A DNA stretch of 64,000 bases from the NCBI RefSeq assembly GCF_000372725.1, contig NW_005201154.1, positions 1 to 64,000 of the forward strand. The letters run 5' to 3'. This DNA comes from Emiliania huxleyi CCMP1516 (Eukaryota). The notes under the pieces are model-generated. The model had not been told where the DNA came from. It did not search any database and was given only the letters and a program-made list of their open reading frames with translations. Positions 15,684-27,278 of the stretch are shown here, piece by piece (within the stretch, counting starts at the first letter, position 1; every line of letters begins with the position of its first letter). The translations under genes and the position numbers were made by a program.

Positions 15684-16138
15684 GAGCGGCCGCACATTGC
15701 TCGGTACCCCCCCTGCACATCTAAAGTCATCGCTGCTGCTAGGGGGGGGGGGGCTGACCCCCCCAGCAGCAGAACGCTTCTGCCGGGGGGGGGGGGCCCC
15801 AACCCCCCCGCAGGGGAAAGGTTTTTCTTGGGGGGGGGGGGCCCCCACCCCCCTGGAGGCTAATGGCTCTGTTCAGAATGTGCAGCCACAACCCACTACT
15901 GTGTAGGACTGTGCACGGCAGCACGGGATTNNNNNNNNNNNNNNNNNNNNNNNNNNNNNNNNNNNNNNNNNNNNNNNNNNNNNNNNNNNNNNNNNNNNNN
16001 NNNNNNNNNNNNNNNNNNNNNNNNNNNNNNTCTGTCAGAGATGCCAGCACCCCCCACAGGCAGAGCGCTCCTGCTGGGGGGGGGGTCGGCCATGACTTTA
16101 GATGTGCAGGGGGGGTACCGAGCAGTGTGCGGCCGCTC
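15684..16138. mobile_element. PIF/Harbinger-like non-autonomous TIR element (contains an N-gap)
   Basis: TIR GAGCGGCCGCACATTGCTCGGTACCCCCCTGCACATCTAAAGTCAT with a near-exact reverse complement ending at 16138. CTG flanks both ends (15681-83 and 16139-41), consistent with a 3-bp CWG TSD. Confidence 0.7.
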
Positions 16139-17107
16139 CTGTACTATAGGCCATATTGCGCCGCCTCCTACTGGCAGCCGGGCGGGCGCGCGCCGCGGGC
16201 GCCTCGGCGCGCGCACGGCTCGCAAAGTTCGAACGAGTACTGCCGCCCGGCCGCCTCAAGGCTGCCGGGCGGCAGTACTTGCCTCGCAAGGCGCGCACCG
16301 GCTGCTCTGGCTGCTGCGCCGGCGGCCGCTGCGCTGGCCGCTGCTGCGCCGGCTGGCGGGCGGTACGGCCGCCGGCGGCCGCTGCACCCGCGCCTTCCCT
16401 CGCGGGCGCCGTCGCGACGCGCGCGCCCAACTCTGCTGGTACACGGCACGCCTCGCGTCGTCACACAGCCGCGGAGAACAGGCGGTGCTGTGCGCGAAGC
16501 GCGCGCGATCTCGTACTTTTAAGGCTGGATCTGGCCATTCCAAGGGTATACGGAACCTTTGAGAATCCCCAGCGTCCCTCCTACTTACACTCTCAATGTC
16601 TCGACTCTCCAACACGAAGTGCTGCCATCGGGGGTGGCCCATTTTTTGTGTCCGCAGTTTTTCATTTTAAAGAGGTCCCGAGAGGAAGAACCTCTCTCTG
16701 AAGTCCGAGGCGGTCCCGCCGGCGGACGACAAGAAAGAATGTGAGAGTGGTGATTTCTTGTTGGTTTTCAAAAGAAAATCTCTCTCTCGTTTCTCGACTC
16801 TCGGACGAACGGCTGAGGGCTGACAAGCTGCCGAGCCCAAATCACTGTGAGAGTCGTGATTTCTTGTTGGTTTTCTAAAATCTCTCTCCTCTCTCCCGAA
16901 CGGACGACATTTGTTGGTCTTGGAGCACTTGGAGGTCTTGTTGTGAAATTATGTTGCGAAAAGAATTTTACAAAAGACTCCCTCGCACGACACTGGGCAC
17001 GGGACTGGCGTGCACTGGCACTAACACAGGTACACCACGGGTGCCGGCCTAAGCGACTCCTTGCAAAAAAGAATTCGAAGAGCACGACGCGTTCGAGAGA
17101 TTCACAC

Positions 17108-19078
17108 ATGGGCTGCGGCGAGAGCAAACCGGACGAGCTGGAGGACGAGCGGGGAGAGCAGCTCGCGGCGCAGAAGTAGCCGATGCCGGAGTTAGAGCCG
17201 GTCAGCAAGCTCGTTTTTGACGCCGGGATAGTGTCAGACGATGCCGGTGCCGAGGAGAAGGGCTGTGCTGCCAGCAAGCCAGCTGCACTGACCGCCGCCG
17301 ACCACAAGGGCATCCCGCTGCTGGCGGCCCTCGACGAGCAGCTCGTCGCCGTCCTCACCTCGGGCGCCATCAAGCTGCTCCGCGCCGACTTCCTGCGCGC
17401 CGACGGCTCCGAGGCGATGCTACCCAAGCTCCTGCGCCGGCAAGAGCTGGAGCGAATGGAGAAGGAACGAGGCATCAGTGTCTTCCTCACGCCAAAGGAG
17501 GCTGTAGTGGCGCTGCGCTCGCTGAGCCGCGAAGTCGCCGGGCTGACTTACGGCTGGACCTCGCCGGACCACCCCGACGTGACTGGAGAGTATCTGTCCA
17601 ACGCGCGGCGCTTCCTGCGCCACCCGCTCGGCGAGCACGTGACGGCCCTCTTTTGGGAGTGCGCTGCCACTTTTGACCCACCGCAACCAGTAGCTGCACG
17701 CTCGGGAGGGCAGAGACCCCCTGCGGCCGTGGGCACACTCCTCTCCGCTCTCACCACCCACGCCCGCCTCGCCTTTCACCTCCCCTCCGCAGCTTCTCCT
17801 CCCTCCCGCAAAAGCCGAGGACGGCGTCCGAGGACGAGCTCTTCTCCCAAGCGCTCAAGGTCCGCCCCGCCTTCCTCTGCCGCCCTCTGCGCCCGCCGCT
17901 TTTCATCTACTACTCCCCACTCTCTCGCCCGCACACATGCCCTTGCTTCTTCTAACGCCTCCCCTCTTCTCACCCCCTGCAGGTCATGGGCGACGTCTAT
18001 GCCTCTCCCCTCGGCACGACCGTCATCCGCCACCGCTCCGTGCCAGCCCAGCCGGCGGAGCTGGACGGCGAAGTGGTCATCCTCGTCGAGAAGGGCGGCG
18101 GGCTCGACGGCGCCGGCGCCGAGGCAGAGCTGCGCAGTGCTCTCGGGGCGTTTGAGAACCCACGGTTCGAGGAGGGCCGGTGGCGCGTGCGCTTCCCAAC
18201 GCACGCGGCGGCGGCGGAGGCGGTCGAGGCAGCCACGGCAGCGGGCGCGATCGCCGTCTTCCTCTTCTACAACGGCCGCCCGTACCCCGCTCGCGGGTGC
18301 GCTGTGGCTGGCCGCCGACAGCTGCGCTGTAGCGACAGACACACCCCTCTCCGCTGGCAGGTGGACGACGTTTGAGAGCGCCGTGAGCACCGAGGCGATC
18401 GCTTGGCTCGCCTTCTTCTCTGGGCTAGGCAAGCTGCTGGAAGAGCGGCTTCCGCCCAAGGTCATCGAGATCGACGGCGAGGGTCCCCGCGTGGCCGAGG
18501 CGGAGGACCGCGCCGAGGAGGGGATGGGGCCGCGTAACAGGCGCGTGATCGCCGCGATCCAGGAGGCCTCCTTCACGGGCAAGGGCGACAAGCCGGTGGT
18601 CGTCCAGCTGTACCGTGAGTACGCTCGCAAGGTGACAACCGCTCTGGCTTACTCGGGCGAGGAGCCAGAGGGGGAGTACGAGGGCGAGTACAACGCGTCG
18701 GGCGAGAGGGAAGGGCGCGGCGTCATGCGGTGGGTCGCCGGCACCGTCTATGAGGGCGAGTGGAAGGCGGGTAAGATGGAGGGGCGCGGCGTCGCGCGGT
18801 ACGCCGACGGCGACGTCTACGAGGGCGAGTGGAAGGCGGGTGAGAAAGAGGGGCACGGCGTCGTCCGGTGGGCCAACGGCGACGTGGAGTCGTGCTTCTA
18901 CTCGCAGGGTGCCCCTGTTGGCGAGGGCGCGGAGTGGAAGGCGGGCGGGCGGCGGGCGGCGCGGCTGCGTGACGGGAAGCCGGTGGAGGAGATCTCGCTG
19001 GAGGAGGCGCGGCAGACCGCCGAGCGGCTCGGGCTCCGCATCCCTTGCCCGCTGCCCGGGCGCGTGCAAGGTCCGTGA
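17108..19078 (+). CDS. HET-like domain protein with C-terminal MORN repeats; the MGCG leader is separated by an in-frame TAG
   Basis: Splicing three GT-AG introns gives TYGWTSPDHPD...ALFWDFSSLPQKPRT...VMGDVYASP...YPARGWTTFE, followed by 3-4 YEGEWKAG..EG.GV MORN repeats. A second ATG is at 17183. Confidence 0.75.
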
Positions 19079-19464
19079 GGAGGTAGCCGAAGTGTTTTCT
19101 CCACGCACGGCGTCGGGGGAGGCTGTCTCTACCGCTCGCCAAAACGTCGGCTGCTCCGTCTCGCTAGTGCTCGTCAACAATGCTCCGGAAGATACAGCCC
19201 CGGCCTGACCCCTATCCGCTATCTCCCGCTCCCACACCCCCCTCTCCGCCACCATCCACCGTCACCTCCGGCTCCGCCGCCAGCCGCGACGCCGTGGCGC
19301 ACCTCCGACCCCGCAGGTAGTCTTTTGGATGGATTCCTCAGTCCTTTTACGATACGTACACATAATTAGTGCGGCCTTTTTTTGCTTTTGAGTTTTGTGT
19401 GCGCGCGTAAGTTTTTGCGCTATATATTGGCTGACCCGTACGAGACGCGGCTCGCGCCCATTGC

Positions 19465-21333
19465 TCACCGCCAGCGCAGTTTCCACGGCCTTCCCACCCG
19501 CGACGGCGCGGTCGGTGCCGACGGGACGGCGGCTGAATGTCCGGTCGCGAGCAAGCGCCGATGCAGTGCGGCTCGCACCGCTTGGCCGAGCGGTGGAGGG
19601 CTTGCCGCGTTGGGCCTCGCCCCGCCGCCGCCGTCGCCCCTGGCGCGCATCCGCAGCCCCAGCCGGGGCCTCGACGTGCGCCGGCGGCACACGCGAGCCT
19701 CGGCCTCGCGAGCCTCGGCCGCCGCCGCCGCCTGGCGAAGCTCCCGGAGGCCAAGCGTGGCCGTGGCGCCCGGCCCGGCGAGCAGCGCCGTCCGACTCGT
19801 ATCGGCCGTAACCTCGGCTGCGATGCCTGCGGAGCCCTCGCGCGCGCGCCGCAGGGCGTCGGGTATGGCTGCCTTGTGCGGCGGCGTCGACTCGCCCTCG
19901 CGCATCGCCGTTTCGTGGTCCGACAGGGTGACGAGGAACTTGCGGGCCCAAGGGGTGGCAGCGATCTGGCCGACAAACGTCTTGCACGCGGGACGCGCCG
20001 CCACCAGCGCGTCGATCTGTCCAAAGAGGTCGTCGTCCGGGTCGTCTGGCGACAGCTCGCCCGGCCCGGCCACCCGACCGGCTGCAGCTCGCGCCCTCGA
20101 AATCCGCGCCGCCGCGAGATGCTGCTCGCCTTCGTGCGGGGTGCCGTCGGCCCAACCCGCGGCGCCGCGCAGCAGCGTCGAGAGGATCCCGCGAGAGGGC
20201 GCGGCCGGCCGCCCCTCGCCGCCGTCTGGCGGTCGGTACACCTTGAAGCAGTAGCCCGGCCGGCCACAGCCTGGCCGTTCGCGCACCACACGCTGCGCCC
20301 GACGGATCAGAGCGTGCTCGTCGCCAATCCTCCTCTGGTTGCTGCCCGTCGAGGCCAGCACCCAGGTGACCAGCTTTGTGGACTCGGCGCGCGTGCATCT
20401 ACGCGCGTCGTCCCTGAACGCGGCCCAATCCGAGGACCCGCCTTTGAGCCCCACGAGCTTGGGTGAAAAGGCGAGCAACTGGTGCGACAAACGGCGGGCC
20501 GGCGGCGGGCCGGCGGCGTGGCACAATGCCAAGTCAAAATTTCCAGAGGGCCTTCGATGGGCGAGGATCCTCTCTCGCGGGCCGCAGTAAGGAACCCATG
20601 GCGCTCGCTCGATGGCGAGAGCGGCGCCGGCGCAGCCCGAGAAGAGGACCTCAAGCTCCTCGAAGAAGCGCTGCCCGTCGCGCCCGAGGTGAGGGCCGGC
20701 AGGAAACACGAGTCGTAGCAGCGGCAAGGGACCCGCAGGGCCACCGTCCCTGCCGTGCTGCAGCCGCGCGCGGAGAAGACTCGCCCATACGGCGAGGAGC
20801 ACGGGCCAGACGTGGCCGTAGTGACGCGGCGTGCCGTTGAGGTCACGGTAGTCAAACGCGATGGCATACTCGCCACCCGACACGACAGCATCGTGTGCGC
20901 ACGGTGCTGCAGACGACGCTGCGGTGCAGTCGTGTACGGAGCTGCGTTGCTCGTGGGCGAGGCGGGCCACCATAGCGCTCATGTTGTCCGTGCATCGCGT
21001 GTCATTGCAAGCAGGTGGAGCAGAGTCGCACATTGCCTGCACCGGATGCTCGGTGCAGCCAGGGCTGATGTTGGGGCGACCGCACCGCTGCATCGCCGGA
21101 CCGCCGAATCTGCCGCAGCGAACCGTCGTCAGCCGATAATCTGCGCGTCCGTGCGTCGATGCCGGGGCATGGAGGAGGAAGTCGCCACGGCAGCCCCTGT
21201 CGACCCACATGGCGTGGTCCTCTGTCGGGCCAAAGCAGCCGTACGAGACATTCTTGACGCAGGCGGTTGAGCTCTTGGCCTTACTTAGGGAGCAGCTGTC
21301 TGCGCCGACGTTGGCGGTCGGCATGGCCCCCAT
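19465..21333 (-). CDS. Hypothetical protein with a Cys-rich DUF3011-like module and a possible glycosyltransferase-like region
   Basis: CSL...SSTAC....SYGC...MWVDRGCRGDF, then HYGHVW and RRIGDE motifs reminiscent of GT61. The C-terminal part cannot be assigned. Confidence 0.45.
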   Translation of the reverse strand: MGAMPTANVGADSCSLSKAKSSTACVKNVSYGCFGPTEDHAMWVDRGCRGDFLLHAPASTHGRADYRLTTVRCGRFGGPAMQRCGRPNISPGCTEHPVQAMCDSAPPACNDTRCTDNMSAMVARLAHEQRSSVHDCTAASSAAPCAHDAVVSGGEYAIAFDYRDLNGTPRHYGHVWPVLLAVWASLLRARLQHGRDGGPAGPLPLLRLVFPAGPHLGRDGQRFFEELEVLFSGCAGAALAIERAPWVPYCGPRERILAHRRPSGNFDLALCHAAGPPPARRLSHQLLAFSPKLVGLKGGSSDWAAFRDDARRCTRAESTKLVTWVLASTGSNQRRIGDEHALIRRAQRVVRERPGCGRPGYCFKVYRPPDGGEGRPAAPSRGILSTLLRGAAGWADGTPHEGEQHLAAARISRARAAAGRVAGPGELSPDDPDDDLFGQIDALVAARPACKTFVGQIAATPWARKFLVTLSDHETAMREGESTPPHKAAIPDALRRAREGSAGIAAEVTADTSRTALLAGPGATATLGLRELRQAAAAAEAREAEARVCRRRTSRPRLGLRMRARGDGGGGARPNAASPPPLGQAVRAALHRRLLATGHSAAVPSAPTAPSRVGRPWKLRWR

Positions 21334-21756
21334 GGGGCGCTAAGTATGAGATGACACGTGCGACTCACGCCGCGTGATAGGAGCGTCATTTTGTACCCCC
21401 CACGTGCCACGAGTATGTAATGTAGACGGGAGTCGGGAGAGTACACGCGATCTCGTTCCCTTTCTCTCCTTCTCGACCTCTCTCAAAATCCATCCAGATG
21501 CAGATCCACACAAACGGGCCACAAACGCCTGGAGTAACACCGGCACGCACATCGCTGCTGCGCTCCCCGCCTCGCTCGAAGCGGGGTGCGCAACGCGTGA
21601 GCGCCAGGTCCCCTTCTCCTTCCGGCCCAGGGGCAAGGCCGGCGCGAGAGGCCGCGGCGGCGCCGTCCACGCCGCACTCCCCGAGCTGTCAGAGCCGCAC
21701 CGCCGAGGGGGAAGAGGGCCGCGGGCTCCCCGCCGGCGGCGACGCGCCACCCCCCC

Positions 21757-22322
21757 TCAGCCGTGCCCGTGAATCTTGATCTTGTCCGCCGGGTGCAGCT
21801 CGTTGTCGACCAGGAACTTATTGACGTTGGCGCGCTGGTCGCCCTGCAGCTGGAGGACCTCGCCCATGTTCTTGCCCTCGGCGTCGGCGTCAACAACGGT
21901 CCCGTTGCAGCAGTGCTGCTTCTTGATGACCTTGAGGATCCGCTTGAGATCCAGGTCCTGGTTGAGCCCCTGCACAGTCGTGATGCACTTGCGTCCTGCA
22001 CGCGCAGGTGGCCGAGCGGCTTAGGCCGCACGGCACCCGAGCCGGGGGCGTGGACGGGCGCGGACGCGCGGCTCGCCGTTGCGCTGCTGGACGCGGATGT
22101 GCACGATCTCTGCCTTGGCCCTGGCATCCTGCTCCTCCGCCGCGGCGGCCTTGTCCGCGTCCTCCTCGTCGAGAGCTGCAATCGGGTCTGCACGCGCGGG
22201 CGGCAGAGACGGCATGAGTTTCCTGCGGCCCTCGGCCGGCGCGGAAGGGTCCGGGCGGGCGTGGAGAGGCCGGGGAGCAGAGCTCGCGCACCTTTGAAGC
22301 CACTCAGCGCATCAAGATCCAT
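21757..22322 (-). CDS. SUI1: Translation initiation factor eIF1 (SUI1), two introns
   Basis: IVHIRVQQRNG|RKCITTVQGL..DLDLKRILK.IKK.HCCNGTVV...GEVLQLQGDQR...IKIHG. Intron 2 has a GC donor. Confidence 0.95.
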
Positions 22323-22860
22323 GCGAGGGAACGAGAACCCTGTTTTCGGAGAGGGTTCTCGCTCACATATCCAGTGGCGGCGCCCAGGCCCACGCGCTGT
22401 GTGTGTGCTGCGCGCGCAGCAGCCGGTGCGACGCGCGCGCGACGACAGGCTCCGTTGTGCAGTGTGTGTGTGTGGATCAGGGACTGGCGCTTTGCAGAGC
22501 GCTCGCGACCAGGCAGGGCTGGCGTGGAAGGGCGCGCGAGTCGGTCCCGCTGATTGCGCGGGTGACCGGCACACTCGGCGCTGCCGCTGGGCCGCTGCGG
22601 CTGTGTGGCTGGGTCATGTGGGTGCCGCGAGGCGGCGCGCGGCGGGGGGTGGGAGGTCCGCAGGCGCGGGAGGAGAGAGAGACCGCGGTCCGCGCCTCTG
22701 TAAACGCTGCGAGCGGATCTAGTGGCCTGGGAAAAGAAATCGCGCGGTCGGCCGACTTCTTTCCCTTGCCTAGCCCTGAGACCTCCCCGCGCAAAGGAGT
22801 GGTGACCGACCCGCGCACAGCGGGCCGGAAGGCCGACGCGCGCGTTTTCCTTCTACTTTC

Positions 22861-23063
22861 TCTCGAGGTTCTCGAGGTGGATATCCTTTGGCCGCGTTGG
22901 GTAGCGAGGATTGGTGTAACCCGAGCCACGGAGGCGTGTTTTCTGACGGCCGACCGTCAGTGCACGGAGTTGCCACTTCTCCGACTGCCCCGGCTAGTTC
23001 CCGAGGTCGTCGGGAGTGACCCCTTCGCCGCCCGAGACCTAGCGCGGGTGGGTTGGAGGGGGC
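22861..23063. mobile_element. 203-bp insertion with a 13-bp target-site duplication
   Basis: TCCTTCTACTTTC occurs at 22848-22860 and 23064-23076. The insertion is absent from the paralogous copy at 12.7 kb, and its first ~45 bp recur at 35011-35056. Confidence 0.75.
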
Positions 23064-23311
23064 TCCTTCTACTTTCATCTCTGTGAGGAGCTCGCCCGCT
23101 CACTGATCAGGCCAGCCGCGCAAAGGAGGTGGCGAGTAAGGCACGGCTGGCACTCCCGAGGTCTCTTGGGGCAGAGCCCCGGCGAGGCCTCGGGAGAACT
23201 ACCCAATGGGTCCCTCGGAGGGGTACCCTGGGTGGGCGGGGCCTCTACTCGCCAGGCTGCGAGCGGATCTAGTGGCCTGGGAAAAGAATTTTACGACGGG
23301 TGCAAGTCAAC

Positions 23312-24032
23312 ATGGGTGCGAAACAACGACAAGACCAAGGCACGGGCAGAGGAACGAGAGAAGAATATAGGGTGGATAAAGCGCCTGTTCACGGCATGGA
23401 GGGTGAGCCACGCCGAACGTACTGAACGTAGAGCCGAGCGGAAGGAGGACGGGGAAGACGACTCCGAGGAGGACGAACCAGTGGAAATCCCGTTGTCAGC
23501 CGTCACGATGCACCCGAAGGGGACCCCAGCGCCGGCATCATCAGTGAAGGCACAAGTCTCAAGTGTTCGAAGTACGAAGAGAGAGTGGACCTGAGCAACG
23601 ATATGACTTGGAGGCAAATGATCGCAGTGGGCGTCAGAAGACTCGTCCTTGCTCGAGGAGAGCTCGATAGACTCGAGGGGCCAGGATATGCAGCGAGGAG
23701 GACGGAGCTGCGCCGAAAAGGCGCAAGAAGCAGCGAGAACAAGGGACCGGCAGGCGGCGGCGGCGTCGCAGAACGAGGCAGAGGAGAGCGACGCGACAGA
23801 AGAAGAAGCGACAAGGGAAAGAACGACGAGAGTGGGACGACCGCGAGGTGGCATGAAGGTTGCAGCGAGAATCGGCGAGAGACTGCGAAGAGAGATAGGA
23901 AGAGGCGGACGCCCAAGCAAGGGTGGGCGACGGCTAGCGCACCACACCCCTCTCCTTAAAATCCCTGTGTGGTGGCGGCGTGCCGTCCTCCCATCCCTCC
24001 CTTGGGTTGTCCGTTTTCTTTCTTTCTTTAAA
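23312..24032 (+). mobile_element. 5'-truncated LINE, family A
   Basis: Matches the 3' part of 44460-45640 with internal stops or frameshifts. It has a (TTTC)n tail and TSD CAAGTCAAC (23303-11 and 24033-41). A tail-only insert at 24059-24089 has TSD AGCAGAC. Confidence 0.85.
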
Positions 24033-25428
24033 CAAGTCAACTCTGTCTCACAGCAGACCGTTTTCTTTCTTTCTTTCTTTCTTTCTTTTAGCAGACAGGC
24101 TCGACACTGGTGCGAACTGGCGCGTGCTAGCACTATCACAGGCACACTGGGAAAAGAAATCGCGCGACCCGCCTCGGCATGCTGCCCGAAAAAGAGAAAT
24201 TAGTCACGCTCGGCTGGCGCAAGGAGAAGGCCTACTGCTCAAAAGACAAAACTGTGGGAGAGAAGGCCTACATATTATGACTGCACCCATGGGCATGGAC
24301 CTGGTGCATGAGGGCTGCGGGACGAGACATATCACGGTCGGTGGCGCCGATAATGTTGAAGACCGACGACCGCGCAGCCGTCTAGTCGACGGCCACACAC
24401 ACACACATAGTGTCCTTACCACTGAGCCTGGCTGTTCTTCACCTTTCTACATACATACATACCACTCGGGGACTGCATCTGCGCAGTTTCGTACCGCTGC
24501 GGCGCGGTTTTGCAAAAACCGTTCTGCAGCGACGCGGTTTTGCCCTTCACCTGCAGCCGTAGATCAATATAGTCAAGGTGGCCCACAGGGCCGCGGGACA
24601 GGACACTTGTTTGTAAGTTTTGGCAGTCTATTTCTGTCAGTACTTTGGATACAGCTTGTGAGTGGTCACTGAAGACCTTCACAGTTGGTGGCGGCGGGGC
24701 AACGATCCCCGGGACATTACGACAACACATGTCGTCGACGGACAAGCTGGTGATTCCGGCAAACTGGGCTCCGAGCGGGAGCACAACGAGTGGGTCCGCA
24801 ACCTGCGGACCATGGCGAAGCAACACCTCATCGAGGAGGGTACCATCCGGCCGGGCTCGGAGCGCGAGGCCGAGGGGGTCGCGCTGCACGTGCGCTACAA
24901 GAACGTCGGCATTGCGGACGGCCTCATCGCGGCCAAGATCGCGCAGCGCACACGGCAGCTCGTGCTCTCGAGCACGGCAGCCTCCCCACCCCCCTACCAA
25001 CCCCGTCGCGCCGCCGCCGCCGCCCCCGCCACCGCCGCCGCCCCCGTTGTAGCGTTTGGGAGTGCGACTGGCGACGGCAAAAATGTAAGCCCCGCCCCTG
25101 GCCACTGTTTTTAGAGATGAAGAAGAGAAAACGGAGTGCGGAGCTCCTCCGGGGGGGGAGTGCCCTAAACGCAAAAGGGTAGTGTAGGACTCCCACGACT
25201 ACAAATATACGATTTGAAGGAGAGAGGCACTTGGAGTGCAGTAAAGAAAGAAAGAAAAAGAAAGAAAGAAAACAGACAACCCAAGGGAGGGATGGGAAAG
25301 AATAAATAAATAAATACAACGGACACGCCATGGGCAAACTTTCTTTCATCTCTGTAGAGCTCGCCGCCCGCTCTGATCAAGCCAGCCGGCTGCGCGCCTT
25401 GTTTCTCTGATCTCGCTTCTCTCTCAAG

Positions 25429-27278
25429 ATGGGCGTACGGACGCTCAGCGAAGCGCTCCAGCTGAGCGACGAGTGCCGCGTCATCACCACGGGCTCAGCG
25501 CCCTTCAACATTGTCCACACCAACAAGGGTGCGCGAGCACCAGCCACGCAGAGCTCGGCGCACACATCGCACAGGGCGAGAGGAACGCCGCCACGCTTGT
25601 GCGCAGAGAGGGGCGAAAGTCAGGCCGCCAGGATGCTTCTGCTGCGCGCCGCCGCCTCTCCCCGCTGCCGCCGGCTCCGACGCTGGCTCTTCCCCCTCTG
25701 ACCCGAACGCGCCTCCCTCTGGCAGCCTGGAGCAAGCTGACTGGCTTCAAGTTCACCGAGGTGGCCAATCGGAGCAATTCCTTCCTGCAGGGCCCGCACA
25801 CCGAGGCCAAGCTCGTCGAGCGGATGCGTGCCGCGAGTGAGAAGGGCGAGACCACTAGGGTTCGCGTCGTCAACTACGACCGCTACGGCACGCCCTTTTA
25901 CAACTCGATTGAGATCTTCCCGCTGCGCGACATGGCCGGCAAGCTGACGCACTACTGCGGCGTGCTGCACGGGGAGGACATACCGGATGGCGTGGTGCCG
26001 CCGATCGACAGGCACGCCGCCTGCGCCCGCGCCGCCGCTCGTGCCGAGCCGGCTTGGCAGGCGGGCCACGGGCCACGCGACTATAGCCCGCCTCCTTCCT
26101 CGCCCGCGCAGGAAGCCGGAGGAGCTGTTTGGCTCGACCTCGGGCTCGTCGACCGACCCGGACGAGGAGGAGGAGACCGCCGCCGCCGCCTCGGGGTGGC
26201 CGGCCGCCGCTGCTGGCCGCGGCGCGGGGCGGGTGAAGCGGCTGCGGAGAGGCGGGCACGTGACGCTGCAAGAGGCGCTCGACAACACGGAGGACGCGGT
26301 TGTGATGACGCAGCCGCACCCGCCGTACGCGATCACGCACGTGAACGCGCCGTGGTGCGCGCGCGTGGCCCGCGTAGGGGAGGGGCGATTGGGGGCTGCG
26401 GGGGGGAGGGGTGGGCGGCGGGGGGGGGTNNNNNNNNNNNNNNNNNNNNNNNNNNNNNNNNNNNNNNNNNNNNNNNNNNNNNNNNNNNNNNNNNNNNNNN
26501 NNNNNNNNNNNNNNNNNNNNNNNNNNNNNAGGTTAGAAAAAGGTACCCTCATAATTATATCCACTTTTGACAAAAAGTAGAGCAAGGCCCAATTCTTTAA
26601 TTCAGGCAAAAGTATCCTCTTGTTATGCTTACTCTCCTGGGGGCGGGGAGGGGTGACGGAGGTGACGGAGGAGGCGGCGGCTGCCACTGGTGGCGGTGGA
26701 GGTGGTGGCGCCTCGACGCGACGCCCCGCCCCCGCCCCTTCCCCCCCGTCGGGCAGGTGCGAGATGTGCGGCTACACCCTCGAGGAGGTCGAGGGGCTCT
26801 CGAGCTCGATTCTGCAGGGCGCAGAGACGGACGAGGCGCGACCGCGGGGCGGCGCTCTTGGGAAGGGCGTTGGGGCGGCGAGGGTGAGGTGCGGCCGCCG
26901 CCGCCCCGTAGGCGCTCCTCTCCGAGCTGATGGCGAGCGTGCGGCGCGGCGAGAGCTCATCCGCCACGCTGGTCAACTACAAGAAGGGCGGCGCGCGCTT
27001 CCTCAACCAGGCGCACGCGTCCGGCCGAGAGTAGACGCCGGGAGGACGCCAACAGAGCTTCCCCGACCGCGTGCGCTTGCAGCCCGGTCTACAGCCACGC
27101 CCATGACCCGTCCGGGACCTGGTCCCCTCCCCAGGTGCACATACAGCCCGTCTTCAACCAGAACGACGAGGTCGACCAGTTCATGGCGATGCTGCACGAG
27201 GTGGATGAGAAGGAGCGGCCGCCGCACGCCGCCCCAGCAGCAGCCAAGAAGGCGGGGCGGCGAGGGGAGCGAGCCTGA
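25429..27278 (+). CDS. Tandem PAS (LOV-like) domain protein, multi-exon, spanning an N-gap
   Basis: PFNIVHTNK|AWSKLTGF...NRSNSFLQGPHTE...VVNYDRYGTPFYN and PYAITHVNAPW|CEMCGYTLEEVEGLSSSILQGAETD...LVNYKKGGARFLN. TGA is at 27276-78. Confidence 0.85.

Larger units (their letters stand above)
13196..16849. repeat. Perfect 39-bp inverted repeat pair (13196-13234 and 16810-16848), a candidate TIR
   Basis: ACAGTGATTTGGGCTCGGCAGCTTGTCAGCCCTCAGCCG and its exact reverse complement. The right end reads CACAGTG inward. Confidence 0.75.

Noticed and set aside
24200..25120. Coding-like fragment (HNEWVRNLRTMAKQHL...)
   Set aside because: It is short and unassignable, with no supportable start or splice model.
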